A stretch of DNA of 64,000 nucleotides, from positions 806,001 to 870,000 of the forward strand of contig CDLV01000005.1 of the NCBI GenBank assembly GCA_001244265.2, in the 5' to 3' direction. The notes beneath the pieces are model-generated. The model had not been told where the DNA came from. It did no database searches and saw only the letters and a list, made by a program, of their open reading frames with translations. This DNA is from Microbotryum violaceum (lineage: Eukaryota). Positions 27,495 to 39,280 of the stretch are shown one piece after another. The first letter of the stretch is position 1. Every line of letters starts with the position of its first letter. A program made the position numbers and the translations under genes.

Positions 27495-30400
27495 TCACCT
27501 ACCGAAGAAACCCTTCAAGGTCTTCTGACCCTTCTCGACTTCCTCCTTCGGCGCAGTCTTGGTGCTCATGCTCCCACTCGACGACCCTTGCTGCTTCTTC
27601 GCCTTGCCCGCGGCGGCATTCAGTTTAGCGGCCGCACCGCGCGCCTGACTCAACTTGACATTATTCAATACCGTAGCGCCGCCGTCACGGCCCTGCTGCC
27701 GTTCTCGCTCAATCATGCTGCGAGCGAAATGGTAGTCCTTGTGTTCTGCTTTGGCCTTGGCCATTGCCGTATCGTCCTTGGCCGACAAGACCTTGGTGCA
27801 TTTGGAGCAAGTCCATGCCAACTCTTCCACCCCAACCCCCTCGCCGTCACCCTCCTCAGCATTCTCATCCGCAGTCGACTCATCGTCAGAGAGCTCAATC
27901 ATACCCAAGTCTTGCGGTGTTTCGTCTTTTTTCCGCTTCTTCGCCAGCCCCTGCTTCGACGGCTCCTTTGTCGTCATCGGCCTCTTCTCGTCCGTTCGCG
28001 CAGCTGCAAGTCCAGCAACACCCGGCGCACCCATCAAGAACTTCTCTATCCCACCCACCCCTTCTTCCTTCTTACCCAAACCAGCAAAGCTCAACTGGAT
28101 GTTGCTCCACGGCCCAACGAGCGAGTGTTCGTTCAGGCCTTCGAGTCGATCTGGGATCGCTAGGCGCAAGAGCTTGTCAGCATGCTTAGCGATATAAGGG
28201 ATCGAGAGTTGCGAGGTGTAGGGGAATGGGATCTGGTGCGTGCGGATGACGTAAGAGGGGGAGCGATGCGAGAAGTGGACCGTTTTGGGCTGCAGGATTG
28301 CGTTTGGCGTCCGTCAAATTAGTCGATGCAAATGTGAGAATGTACAAGGGAAATGTTCCCAGAGGCTTACCCAGAGAGATGGATCGAGCCGGCGCGCTTC
28401 ACACAATCGCAAGTGAAGCTCGGTAGCCAAAATGTTCATCCAGTGGCACTGCACACGGAGCAAAACCAGTCGGTTGTGTCAAAAACATGTTCGTGACTGA
28501 CGAACGGCGGGTGTACTGACCACTTCTTTGAACTTGGAGATAGTCGGTCGAAAGTTCTTGCTCGAAAGCATCGACTTGACATGCGTTTTCGGCTCAACTG
28601 GCATATTTAGTGCAGCCGTTTCAGCGATCGACCTCAGGTGCTCATCCAGAACACAGAGCCATCCAGAACAGAGAGCTGACTGACCTTCTCCAAAGTCCAG
28701 TCCGCGAATGATTTCCCACAGCCACAGTCCGCTGTCGTCGCCGAGTTTGCTTTGCATGTCGATGAGCGTGTAATCGAGCAGGTCGTTGACCGTCTCGGCA
28801 TCGTAGGCTTCCTTGACCGAGATGCCGAGTTTGCCACCAAGGTTCCGGATTTTCTGGAACGGCATTGGCCGCAGGAAAGCCGGGACGGCGCAGCACCGGA
28901 GCACGGTCTATTGAGGTGAGGGGATTTGTTGAGTAAAAGGCCGTGTGATCAGATTTCGAGACGACGTAGCGCACGGTAAACCCACCTGCGCGTTTGGTTT
29001 CTTCCACGCCGAGCACAGCTTTGCAAGCATCTGTACGTGGCAATCAACGGTCAGCACGGTCCTATGTAAATGCATCTACTGGCGGTCTCGACAAGCACCA
29101 CGCACCTTGTTAGGAGCCAAACCGGCACTACAGGTGTAGCCCAACTGCTCGTGCACATCTCGTCGACACCGTTGTACAAGTTCGGCTCCGATAGACAGCG
29201 CAACGTCGGACCAAGTCAAATCGGGCTCCTCCGGCTTGGTCGCTGGCTCCTCTGCTTCAGAGACGTCGACGGCCGAAGCTGACTCTAAGTTGGCCTGGTC
29301 GGTCGAGCTCGCGGGGTCGATCGCCAAGTTTTCGTCCCTTTCCTTCTTTGGCTCGGCCATGATCTCTCTCGGCTGATCCTCCTTCTTCTGGCCGCTTGTG
29401 GGAATCAAGTTGCCGAGTTGATCCCAATCGATCGCGTTGATGCCGAGCTCTTTTGGAGTCGGTACGAGGTCGTCCAAGGTCTTACCCGGGGGTAGTTTGC
29501 CAAGCTGAGGATACCGTTGAATAAGAATCTCTCGCACTTGTGGTGAGGCATCGAGATAGGACTCGTCAATAGAAGCCTTCTCGACTGTTGGGATGTGGGA
29601 CGTAAAGACCTTGATGATCTGGAGAGGGCAGAGAGAGTTTGAGCGCAATTCCGCAGAGCTTCCATGCGAAGTCTTCCCCAGATACATACCTTGAGCGACT
29701 CTCGTCTATAATGGTCAAGAGAGATCTGAGAGGTTGCAGGTTCAGCAAGAGGGGGGATCGGAAGCTATGAAGATGCGGATATCCTTACTTTGTGAGTCGC
29801 GGGAGTCGGATGGAAATTGTCGTAGCTCGGCTCGGTGTCGTCTTCTTTATAGGTTGCACAGTGGACCATGACGAGGTGAGGACATTTTTTGAGCGCTTCG
29901 GCGGGTGTTTCGTGACGAGTTATTCCAAACTTGCGCGCTGGATAGTTGACTGCGATCTGCAAAAAAAAACGGAGCGAAATGCTGAGTTTCGTGTCGTACT
30001 CGACGCAACCGCACTCGCTCGCGGTCCATGGCACGCGCGCACGTGACGTCAACACGCGAGATAAACGCGGTGGAGTAACGTACAAGACCTTGCCACTGCT
30101 GTACCGCGAGTGGAGTCGCCGGGTCTATCCCCAAGCGAGCCATCTCCATCGCAGCATATGCTGCATCGATATCAACGTGGGCTATTGTTCGAAGCGGATG
30201 TCTGACCACAACAACAGGTAGAGTAAAACAAAGGTCAAAAATTGAAGCGCATCACTGCAGTCCTGATCGCGGCGTCGCACGAAAGCCTCCAGCGCACCCA
30301 AGGAGCATACCCGACTGGAAGAAGGATACATACTCACACGGGAGTGTTGAGTTGATTACCCAGGAAGTGACGATAAGTAATGTTGCCCATACCCGGCATC

Positions 30401-30594
30401 AGTCGCGCTCCAGCATCGTCAGTTGACCTAATCGCCTTGTCCTTGCCCTTCCACAACACCCCGGTCTGCTTCTTGGGCGGCGACCATGCGACCTGCTTGT
30501 TGACGGCGGTATTCCTAGCAGCTGCAGCGAGCTCGTCCTCGATCCCCGGCGGTGGTAGGAGCGGTGAGCCCAAGCGATTCGCATACGGCGACAT
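27495..30594 (-). CDS. RAD30: DNA polymerase eta (Y-family translesion polymerase)
   Basis: IAHVDIDAAYA, AVQQW, EKASIDESYLD, CSAGLAPNK, KIRNLGGKLG, UBZ (CSKC..EHKDYH), C-terminal PIP box QKTLKGFF. Confidence 0.92.
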
Positions 30595-30777
30595 GACCAA
30601 CGGGCCGATCTCGAAGTCACGCGTGGTGGGAGGGAACAGAGTCGCAGAGGCTCTCAGAGCCGCTCAAAGTGGCTTTTTGGTAGGGGGAAAAAGAATAAAA
30701 GAAACAGTACGCAAAGTCCAGGGAGGAATGGTTTATCGTAAGTGTGACATGACGTTTCTATTTTGTCACGGCAGGAG

Positions 30778-30835
30778 GAGCAGCTACGAAGAACGACAAG
30801 AGGAACGAGCAGCTACGAAGAACGAGAAGAGGAAC
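30778..30835. repeat. 29-bp tandem duplication
   Basis: gagcagctacgaagaacga(c/g)aagaggaac x2. Confidence 0.85.
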
Positions 30836-30861
30836 GAAACTTTGGAACTGAAAAAAAAAAA

Positions 30862-30943
30862 AGCCCCGATTCGGATTTGAACCGAAGACCTGACGATGTC
30901 CATCACTGGAGTCGCCCGCGATAGACCACTACGCTACCAGGGC
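30862..30943 (-). tRNA. tRNA-Trp(CCA) with ~8-nt intron
   Basis: GCCCTGG/TCGGGGC acceptor stem, TAGCGTAGTGG A box, GGCGA-CTCCAG-[TGATGGAC]-A-TCGTC anticodon arm, GGTTCAAATCC B box, followed by a long T-run terminator. Confidence 0.9.
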
Positions 30944-30997
30944 CCGTTGAAAGACTCGTCCCCAATTGTTAATATATTGCGCAAAGCACTCTTTTTA

Positions 30998-32640
30998 AGG
31001 GTCCTTCAACTTCTTTGGGCTCACCCGACCGTTCACTATTCGAAAGCTTCGTCGGCTTGTGAACGTGGTTCGGTTCCCAGGGAGGGAGGATCGTGTCAAG
31101 CGTTTCCGTGATGGGACTTCTCAGAGCGATAGGAAGCGCTTCTGGAGATGGCTTCATGACCGGTTTGCGTCTGCTGTGGAGCAGGACACCCACTGGCGGC
31201 TCATGTACGACGTGACGCCGACGCGCAAGAGGCAGCATACTCAGGGTCATGCCTCTTCGCCGACGTGTCTGTTCTGCGGCAACGATGCAGCGGTCATCGA
31301 GACGGTGTCGCACTACTTCTTCGAGTGCGCGTACTCGACCAGCTTCTGGGGTGGGGTGCTTCGCATTCTGTTCGACAAGCTGGGCATCGAGGATACCGAC
31401 GTCGATCCGTCGACGTTCACTCCGGAGCAGCTGACTATGGGGCTCCCCTTTTGCGGGGTCGTGGGAGAACGACCTCGAGATGGATGTGGGTTCGGCTGGC
31501 CTGCGCGATCGGCTTCCAGCGGCTGCACCTGCTCCGCTGGCGCGTTCATCAGCGGTTCGAGCTGGACAAGGTCGTGGCCCCTCCCTCGCTCCCCAGTGCA
31601 CTCAGAGCGTTCGAGCGAGATTTTCTCTCTCGAGCGGGTTTTGTGCCTGGGGCTCGAGATTGGGAGGTGTGATGACCGAGTTAAGTCGTTCCTTCCCATT
31701 TTCTTCCCCTCCTTTCCTCCCTTCTTTTTCGGAGGTCGACTCCTCTTTTAGAAGCTGACTGTCTTGGAACTTGTTGCGCAGTGGAAGGCTGCGCACCTCT
31801 CCCTCTCTCTCTCTACTTTGCGCAGTAGCGGTTTTTTGTTCTTGGATGGATCGGCAAGCCAGGTCGATTGTCTTTGCGTTGGAGGCTTTGTGAAGTTTTT
31901 TCCCTCTCCTTTCCCCCCTTTTTCCCTTCCCTTCCTCTTCTCGTTCCTGTTGCTCGGTTGTTGACTACGCTTCAGCCACTTCTCCTTTTACTCCTAAGCC
32001 GTGTGTTGGATTCCGTTGAATGGTTCGTTCGTTCGCGTTGGTCAAGATCTACGGCATGGCTCGGGAAGGAAGGTCGCTCGTTTCTGGTCAATATCCTCGC
32101 GTCAAGGCGAGGCTCGTTTCATTGTACTGGATCGCTTTTCTCTCGGCCCCGACGGCTCAACAGCCAGCACTCGAGATTCAGCCAAGGGAGGACATCAGGC
32201 GCTGTCGGGGTGACGAGTAGCTGGGGCTTGGCTGCGGCCTGTTAGTCCCTGGGGACCTCTACCTCCGGCTTCGACCCCCTCCCTTGGCCCCTCGGGTGTG
32301 TTCCCCTCCTCTCTGTCTTAGTATTCCTGGTTCTCCGTATCCCCAGTTGTGACTTTCTGTATACTCTCCCCCTTCTTTCTCTAGGCTCTCTTGCCTGGTT
32401 TTCGAGTATCTTTGCTCCCGCTCTTGGGACGTGAAGCGGCAGCAGTACTCACCGCCCGTTGGAGTCCGCGTCAGGTGCTCGGCGGGCTTTGATCTGCGCA
32501 GCGCTCTTTGCGCGCAGGGGTTTGACTTTCACCCAACTGCTTGCCGTCGTTGCTTTATAACCTCCTTTAGCTCTTTTTGTAGCGGTCCCAGCCAACCCGA
32601 AGGATTGCAATTTATGAGCCCCAGTCAAAAAAAAAAAAAA
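30998..32640 (+). mobile_element. 5'-truncated non-LTR retrotransposon, family A (ORF2 C-terminal zinc-knuckle plus ~1 kb 3'UTR plus A14)
   Basis: SPTCLFCGN...ETVSHYFFEC (CCHC, zf-RVT-like); ends ttatgagccccagtc-poly(A); near-identical to 46326-47558; 1-bp deletion in a C-run near 31446. Confidence 0.9.
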
Positions 32641-32661
32641 TCATACAAAAAAAAAGTTTTC

Positions 32662-33449
32662 CGCCGCAGGGAAGCGAGGCCCCTGCGGAAGGTATACCCC
32701 GCCTCTTGTCTCCAGCTGCGCGCCGGTGTTGACGGCCACCCGCCCGCGCTGCAGACCGAGGCGTGTCCAATGGACTGTCACATGCTCCATGACTTTCCCC
32801 GGAAATCTCTGGATTGTGTGTTTTTGTGCGAAGTAGGCCTGTTTCGCAGTTGCAGTCATTGAAATGGGGGTGATCTGGGGTCGTGCGGTCGCGAGGGGGG
32901 CAGACTTTGGTAACCGAAAAGGGGGTTGGACTCCGCGGTGGAGATCCAGCGCAGACGGGTACAAGGGGTATGTGATTGCTGCGGTCGCAGGGGGTTACAT
33001 TCCCCCTTTTGGACCACGTGAATCATTCGGATTGAGCGGGATGTTTGTGCCATCGGAGGCCTTGTTCGACGCGTCTCAAAGAATTAAGGGCCTCAAGGAG
33101 TATGGCAGTCTCAGGGGGGTCTGAAGTCAAAAGATCGAAGAAGGTTCAACTGTACAACTATGATCGGATTCACCTGTACAACACATGTACCACCACCAAC
33201 ATTTCTTCCATCGTTTCCAGATTCCCCGTGTATTATCTTCAATCTTCCTTTCATTCGTCTCTGGGAGGGAGCAACCGTGGGTGGGGGGGACTTGAACTCG
33301 GATGTATCGGGTTGGTCTGTTCTGCTAGTTACAACGCATCGAGCGGCGGTTGTGGTCATCAACGTGCATACTGGGCAACATCACCTTTAGTTCCGTAGGG
33401 GGGTTTCTCGTCTTGCAAATTAGCGATGAGTTTCATACAAAAAAAAAAA
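32662..33449 (+). mobile_element. 3' fragment of poly(A)-tailed retroelement, family B
   Basis: Highly similar to 37459-38249; ends gatgagtttcatac-A11; flanked by GTTTTC on both sides. Confidence 0.8.
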
Positions 33450-33455
33450 GTTTTC

Positions 33456-36400
33456 GCGGCCGGTCCACGCCAAGCTCGCGGCGCGGAACTCGGACTCCAA
33501 GATCACAGCACTGCGCTTGAGCAACGGAGAGCTAACGCATGACATTGATGTCGCTCTTGACCACACGCAGGCGCATTTCCAGCGCCTCTACCACATCGAG
33601 CCTCGTGACCCGGACCGCGTCGACCGACTTCGGGACGAATTCCTCGCGCCGATCAGGGCGGCGCGGACTTGCGACGACCCGCGCTCGGATCCTCTCTTTC
33701 TGCGCCGACTCTCGGAATCACAGAACGACTTACTCCAGCGACCAATCACCGAGGACGAGGTCGTGGCCGCGATCGGGACGACGCACCCGGGGCGATCGCC
33801 GGGACCGTCGGGCGTGCCCTACGAACTCTACCAGACCGCACCCAAGGCGTGGGCCAAGGTGCTGACCAAGGCCTACAACGTGATGATAGAGCGAGGCTCA
33901 CTCTCTCCCAAGCAGGGCCAAGGACTCGTGCGCCTCATCTTCAAGCGACACAAGAAGAATGCTGATCGCGCCGAACTTTCGGCGTACCGGCCGATCACCC
34001 TGCGCGAGTGCGATTACAAGATCTTTACCAAGGTCTATGTCGCCCGTTTGAACCAAATTCTACCGGATCTCCTCCCGCCGCAGCAGCACGGATTCGTCAA
34101 GGACCGCCGATTGGCTGACGCTGCACTACACCTTCGTCTCCTGATCGAGGAAGTTGGCGCGCGCAGGACCGAGTTCCCCGCGGCCGCACTCTTATCTCTT
34201 GACCAATCGTCCGCCTACGACCTCGTCGAGCATGACTGGATCTTTGCCATCTTTGACACTCTGGGCGCTCCTGCCACCTTTCTTCGCGTGCTGAGGATGC
34301 TCTACTCGGGTGACTCGACCTCGGCCCGCTACATCATCAATGGGTTCTTGACGGCGCCGGTACGACTGACGTGTGGGCTCGGCCAAGGGGACCCGGCGTC
34401 GTCGTCGGTCTGGGACATCGTGTTTCAGCCGTTTCTGGATGCTCTACACCGTCGAAACATCGCGCTGAATCTCTCCATACCTGCACTTCATCCGTACCCA
34501 CAGAGCCGCGCCATTACATCGCTTGCTTTTGCCGATGACGTTGTCGTCGCCGTCGCGGGCTTGGGGTCACTCAACTTGCTCGATGACCTGGCGCTCGACT
34601 GGAGGCATGCAACGAATGGCCGGCTCAACACGGACAAGACGGTCGTCCTACCGATCGGACGCCGCTGGGACCCGGGGCAACGCCCGCTCGTCGTCAAGGC
34701 CGCAGGCGAGTCGCTCGAGTGGATCGGCCTCCCCTTCGACCCGAGCGGCGACACCGAACTCGCCTACGCGAATCTCATCGAACGCCTCGAGGCGACGCTG
34801 GAAGGGGTTCAGCATCGCTGGCTCACACACCACACCCGTGCCTTTTACGTCAATCGGTACGCCATCCCCAAGATCCTGCACTTCCTTGCAGGCGACATCC
34901 CGCCGCCCGAAGTCGTCAAGAAGCTCGATGACATGCTCGTCGATTTCGTCCGTGGGGGCAAGGGCAGGACCAGCTACGGCAGAGATATCGTGTTCACAGC
35001 CAAGCTCAAGGGGGGACTCGGGGTGATCAGGATGCAGGACGTCGTGGACGCGGTTGCGGCACGGATCTGGGACGTTCTTCTCGGCGGTTCGGGCGCGATC
35101 TGGCAAGGACTTGCGCGCGCGGCACTCCAGCGAGCTCAGTCCGACCTCGACCTGGCCACCGATCTCTGGCCACATCCATCCACTCCCATCCCCAGCGACC
35201 TCCATCCCCGATGGCGAGCAGCTTTGGGGGTTCCGAAACAGCAAGACGCGCAGGTCAACCCGAGGACCTTGACCACCGCGAACCTGCTCGCGCTTCCCAC
35301 CTTGCTCGGCAGCCTCCACACCCCCATCAGAGGGAGACAGACCATCGACGCGGTTCATATACCTGACTACCTTCGTCTCCAGGGCTACCCGAAGGTGGCG
35401 GATCTTTACCGGCGCGAGTTGTATGCGGGTGGGGGTTTCACCTTTGGACGCCGCCGGCGGATGTGCTCGGCGACAACAGCGAGTACGATCGACGCGGGCT
35501 CCCGCAGCGATTGGCAATCGCGGCCTGGTACCGGTTCACTGTCGATCGACACAAGAACACGCCCTTGGCGGTGGCGGTGGCGGCAGGACGGCTCAACGTG
35601 CCTCCCCGGATCGGCACCAGCGCACCACTCGAGGCGATTCTCCCCAAGCCCGTGGCCCGCTTCGCAATGGAGCAGCGCCTTCCGGACCCGGTGCTTCCAC
35701 AGCAGGCGAGCCAGTACAAGCTGCTGAACATGGCTCGACCGTACACCATCCGTCGCATCCGCCGGGTCCTGAACGCGAAGGCCTTTACCAACACGCTCGG
35801 GCTCAAGGGACCACCGCAGCCGGACGACCTCAGGAGCTTTTGGAAGGCGGTCAACTCGAAGGCACTGACGGCGAGGGAGAGGGAAGTTTGGTTCAAGCTG
35901 ATTCTCCGCTTCACCCCGACGCGTAAGCTGCAACACCAACAGAATCACGACACTTCTCCCGCGTGCCTCGTCTGCGAAGCGCCGGTGGACGACACCGACC
36001 ACTACTTTTTCGACTGCGTTGACTCTGGGAACGTTTGGATAGCGGCAAGGAGCGTGCTCTGCGACGCACTGGGGCTCGACACGATCGACAACACGCATTA
36101 CACGGCTGTTCAACGCATGTTCGGACTTCCGAAGCTCAAGGCCAGTCTACGCGATCAAGAAGGAGCGGGGAGGACGATCGAAATATTCACCGGGCTGGTC
36201 TTGGAGATGATCAGCAGCGGGAGGTGGGGGATGCAAAAGTGGGGGACGAGGATGGAGGGTGTTGGGAGGAGGAGGATCATCTTGGAGGAGAGGTTGAAGC
36301 TGAGGGCGGGAGGAGCTTGGGGGAGGAGAGGGCAGTAGAGGCTGGGTTCGACTTTCCCCCCACCACCACCACACACACACACCAAATTCTCGTGACATCA

Positions 36401-36997
36401 TTTTCTCCTACTGTACACTAAATAGATCGCTTTCATCTTTCATTTGTTACAGGTTCACCGTTGCGGATCATGGACCATCTCGCGATTTGGCGTCGACTCG
36501 GTGTGGCTCGCGCTCTTCGGCTTCGGGGTTCTGAGTCAAGGGAGGGATCAGCGGACACAGGCAGAAAGTCGGCTTTGAGGGGCCAGGGACTGCCGATGGG
36601 GGAGGTTTTGAGGGACCTTCACCGCGTCTTGTTGTGACTGAGCAGAGACTTGGAGCGTCGAGGGTCGTGGTGGTTGCGCAGTCGTGCTCTTGTCTTCGTC
36701 TCGACCGAGTGGGAAGTGGCTGTGGGGTGGGCCTTCTGTCGTTAGTACATTTCTTTTCTTTCTTTTTCTCTTCATCTCTCTTTCTCTCTCTCATTAGTCT
36801 CCGGGGGGGAGCAACCGCTTGGCTAGGGCATTTGAATCCGAATCTCGGATTGGTGGACTTGGCTCGTTTCTCGCACTTTTGCGGGCGGTTTGTGTTATCA
36901 TCGTAGTCTTCCATCTAGTTTTTCCGTAGGCCAAAACAGGGGGAACAGGAACTGGGGGCAATATGATGAACGTTTTCTACAAAAAAAAAAAAAAAAA
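33456..36997 (+). mobile_element. 5'-truncated L1/Tx1-clade LINE, family C (RT plus C-terminal CCHC, 3'UTR, A17)
   Basis: [59 protein letters not shown]; endonuclease and ORF1 missing; flanked by GTTTTC. Confidence 0.93.
33517..36338 (+). CDS. LINE ORF2 reverse transcriptase (partial; one -1 frameshift at ~35433)
   Basis: ORF 33517-35727 (RT) continues in the -1 frame as ORF 35463-36338 (zinc-knuckle). Confidence 0.88.
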
Positions 36998-37003
36998 GTT
37001 TTC

Positions 37004-38249
37004 CTCCTCATAGGCTTCCGTACTCCCCAGGAGCCTCGGGTTCTTTGCGCCGGCGGGCATTGTCGCCCTTGGTTCGAGCTTCTGCCACATCACGATGACA
37101 CACAGCGAAAACGGATCCCCTTGGCCCTCTCCTGGACTATACCGTGAGTTTTCCACTCCTCTCAAGGGCCGGGTCTGTTTTCTCTTTCGGTCGAGCGACC
37201 CCGTGATCTCCTGTTCAAGGCCGGCACAAACTGCCTGCGTGGCTCGCCTCTCCTTGCTTTGCTGCTCGCTCGGAGTCGCGGCCCCGCGGCGGGTGACTCG
37301 GGTACCGAACCGCCATACACATCCACACTCGAGCGAGGTCCCACCCAATGACATCACCGTCGTGGGCCTCATGCTCCTTCTTTCCCCAGTATCTGCGGTG
37401 ATTGGGAACCACCTGCACGTACAAGGGGACTCGAGTGTGCGTTCCGAGATTGGGAGTACGCCGCAGGGAAGCGAGGCCCCTGCGGAAGGTATACCCCGCC
37501 CTTGTCTCCAGCCGCGCGCCGGTGTTGACGGCCACCCGCCCGCGCTGCACCCGACCGAGGCGTGTCCAATGGACTGTCACATGCTCCGTGACTTTCCCCG
37601 GAAATCTCTGGATTGTGTGTTTTTGTGCGAAGTAGGCCTGTTTCGCAGTTGCAGTCATTGGAATGGGGGTGATCTGGGGTCGTGCGGTCGCGAGGGGGGC
37701 CGACTTTGGTAACCGAAAAGGGGTTTGGAATCCGCGGTGGAGATCCAGCGCAGACGGGTACAAGGGGTATGTGATTGCTGCGGTCGCAGGGGGTTACATT
37801 CCCCCTTTGGACCACGTGAATCATTTGGATTGAGCGGGATGTTTGTGCCATCGGAGGCCTTGTTCGACGCGTCTCAAAGAATTAAGGGGCTTCAAGGAGT
37901 ATGGCGGTCTCAGGGGGGGGCTGAAGTCAAAAGATCGAAGAAGGTTCAACTGTACGACTATAATCGGATTCGCCTGTACAACACATGTACCATCACCAAC
38001 GACTCATCCATCTTTTCCAGATTCCTTGTGTATAATCTTCAACCTTCCTTTCATTCGTCTCTGGGAGGGAGCAACCGTGGGTGGGGGGGACTTGAACTCG
38101 GATGTATCGGGTTGGTCTGTTCTGCTAGTTACAACGCATCAAGCGGCGGTTGTGGTCATCATCGTGCATGCTGGGTAGCATCTCCTTTAGTTCCGTAGGG
38201 GGTTTTCTCGTCTTGCAAATTAGCGATGAGTTTCATACAAAAAAAAAAA
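37004..38249 (+). mobile_element. Longer 3' fragment of family B retroelement
   Basis: Extends 32662-33449 by ~450 bp at the 5' end; same 3' end plus A11; no convincing ORF. Confidence 0.8.
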
Positions 38250-38476
38250 GAGTTTGCTCCCGCTCTTGGGACGTGAAGCGGCAGCAGTACTCACCGCCCG
38301 TTGGAGTCCGCGTTAGGTGCTCGGCGGGCTTTGATCTGCGCAGCGCTCTTTGCGCGCAGGGGTTTGACTTTCACCCAACTGCTTGCCGTCGTTGCTTTAT
38401 AACCTCCTTTAGCTCTTTTTGTAGCGGTCCCAGCCAACCCGAAGGATTGCAATTTATGAGCCCCAGTCAAAAAAAA
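38250..38476 (+). mobile_element. Short 3' fragment of family A LINE
   Basis: Matches ~32404-32634; ends ccccagtc-A8. Confidence 0.88.
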
Positions 38477-38500
38477 TAAGAAAATAAAAATAAAAATAAT

Positions 38501-38913
38501 CACACCATCACACTTCATCTTCTGACAAAACACTGTATACTAAATACCTTGCTTTCATCTTTCATCTCTTACAGGTCTGCTTTCGTTGCTCATGGACCGG
38601 CTCGCGATTTGGGATTGACTCGACGGTGCAGTGGCTCGCGCTCTTTGGTTTCGGGGTTCTGAGTCAAGGGAGGGATCAGCAGACACTGGCAGAAAGTCGG
38701 CTTTGAGGGGCCAGGGACTGCTGAGGTGGAGGTTTTGAGTGGCCTCCACCGCGTCTTGCTGTGACCGAGCGTAGACTTGGGGCTTCGTGAGTCAGGGTAG
38801 TTGCGCAGTCGCTCTCCTGTCTTTGTCTCGACTGAGTTGGGAAGTGGGTGCGGGGTGGGCCTCTTGTCGTTAGTACTAGTTGTTTTCCTTTCTCTCTCTC
38901 TGTCCTTCTCTCT
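38501..38913 (+). mobile_element. Diverged family C 3'UTR fragment lacking its 3' end
   Basis: Colinear with ~36375-36790 (e.g. ttcggggttctgagtcaagggagggatcagc, gaaagtcggctttgaggggccagggactgc). Confidence 0.8.
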
Positions 38914-39029
38914 GCGAGGCCGGCGGAAGCTTGATCGGAGCGTTCCCCTCATCCCGCTGCAACTTGACTCATTTTACCGCTATGTACATACACGTCGCGC
39001 GAGCGGTCCAGGGAGTCGACCCTGCCCAC

Positions 39030-39280
39030 TAGGGCTGGGTCACTTAATTGTTTTGGCCCCGTCACTAATAGGTGACAAAAGTCGGACCCTCGGTCACTTA
39101 TTATCGTCACCAGCACTCAAATGCTGTCACTAATGTCACTAAGTCCAATATTTGGTCACTAATGTAACTGAATGGAAACGATGTACATTGCACTGTCGGA
39201 GGCAAGCTCTAGCACTCAACATAACAAAGTGCACTAAAGAGACTAGTATCATTACATCGTCATTTCGTCGTCAGGTGACC
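39030..39280. repeat. AT-rich cluster of GTCACT/GTGAC motifs after TAGGGCTG; possible hAT-type DNA transposon end
   Basis: About 9 GTCAC/GTGAC copies within 250 bp starting at tagggctgggtcac; partner TIR not found. Confidence 0.45.

Noticed and set aside
32431-33398. ORFs within family A/B 3' regions as real genes
   Set aside because: Frames are not conserved between copies and cross poly(A) junctions.
33456-36338. Retron, group II intron or DGR-type RT system
   Set aside because: YRPITL, QGDP and FADD motifs plus the C-terminal CCHC and poly(A) tail identify a non-LTR retrotransposon.
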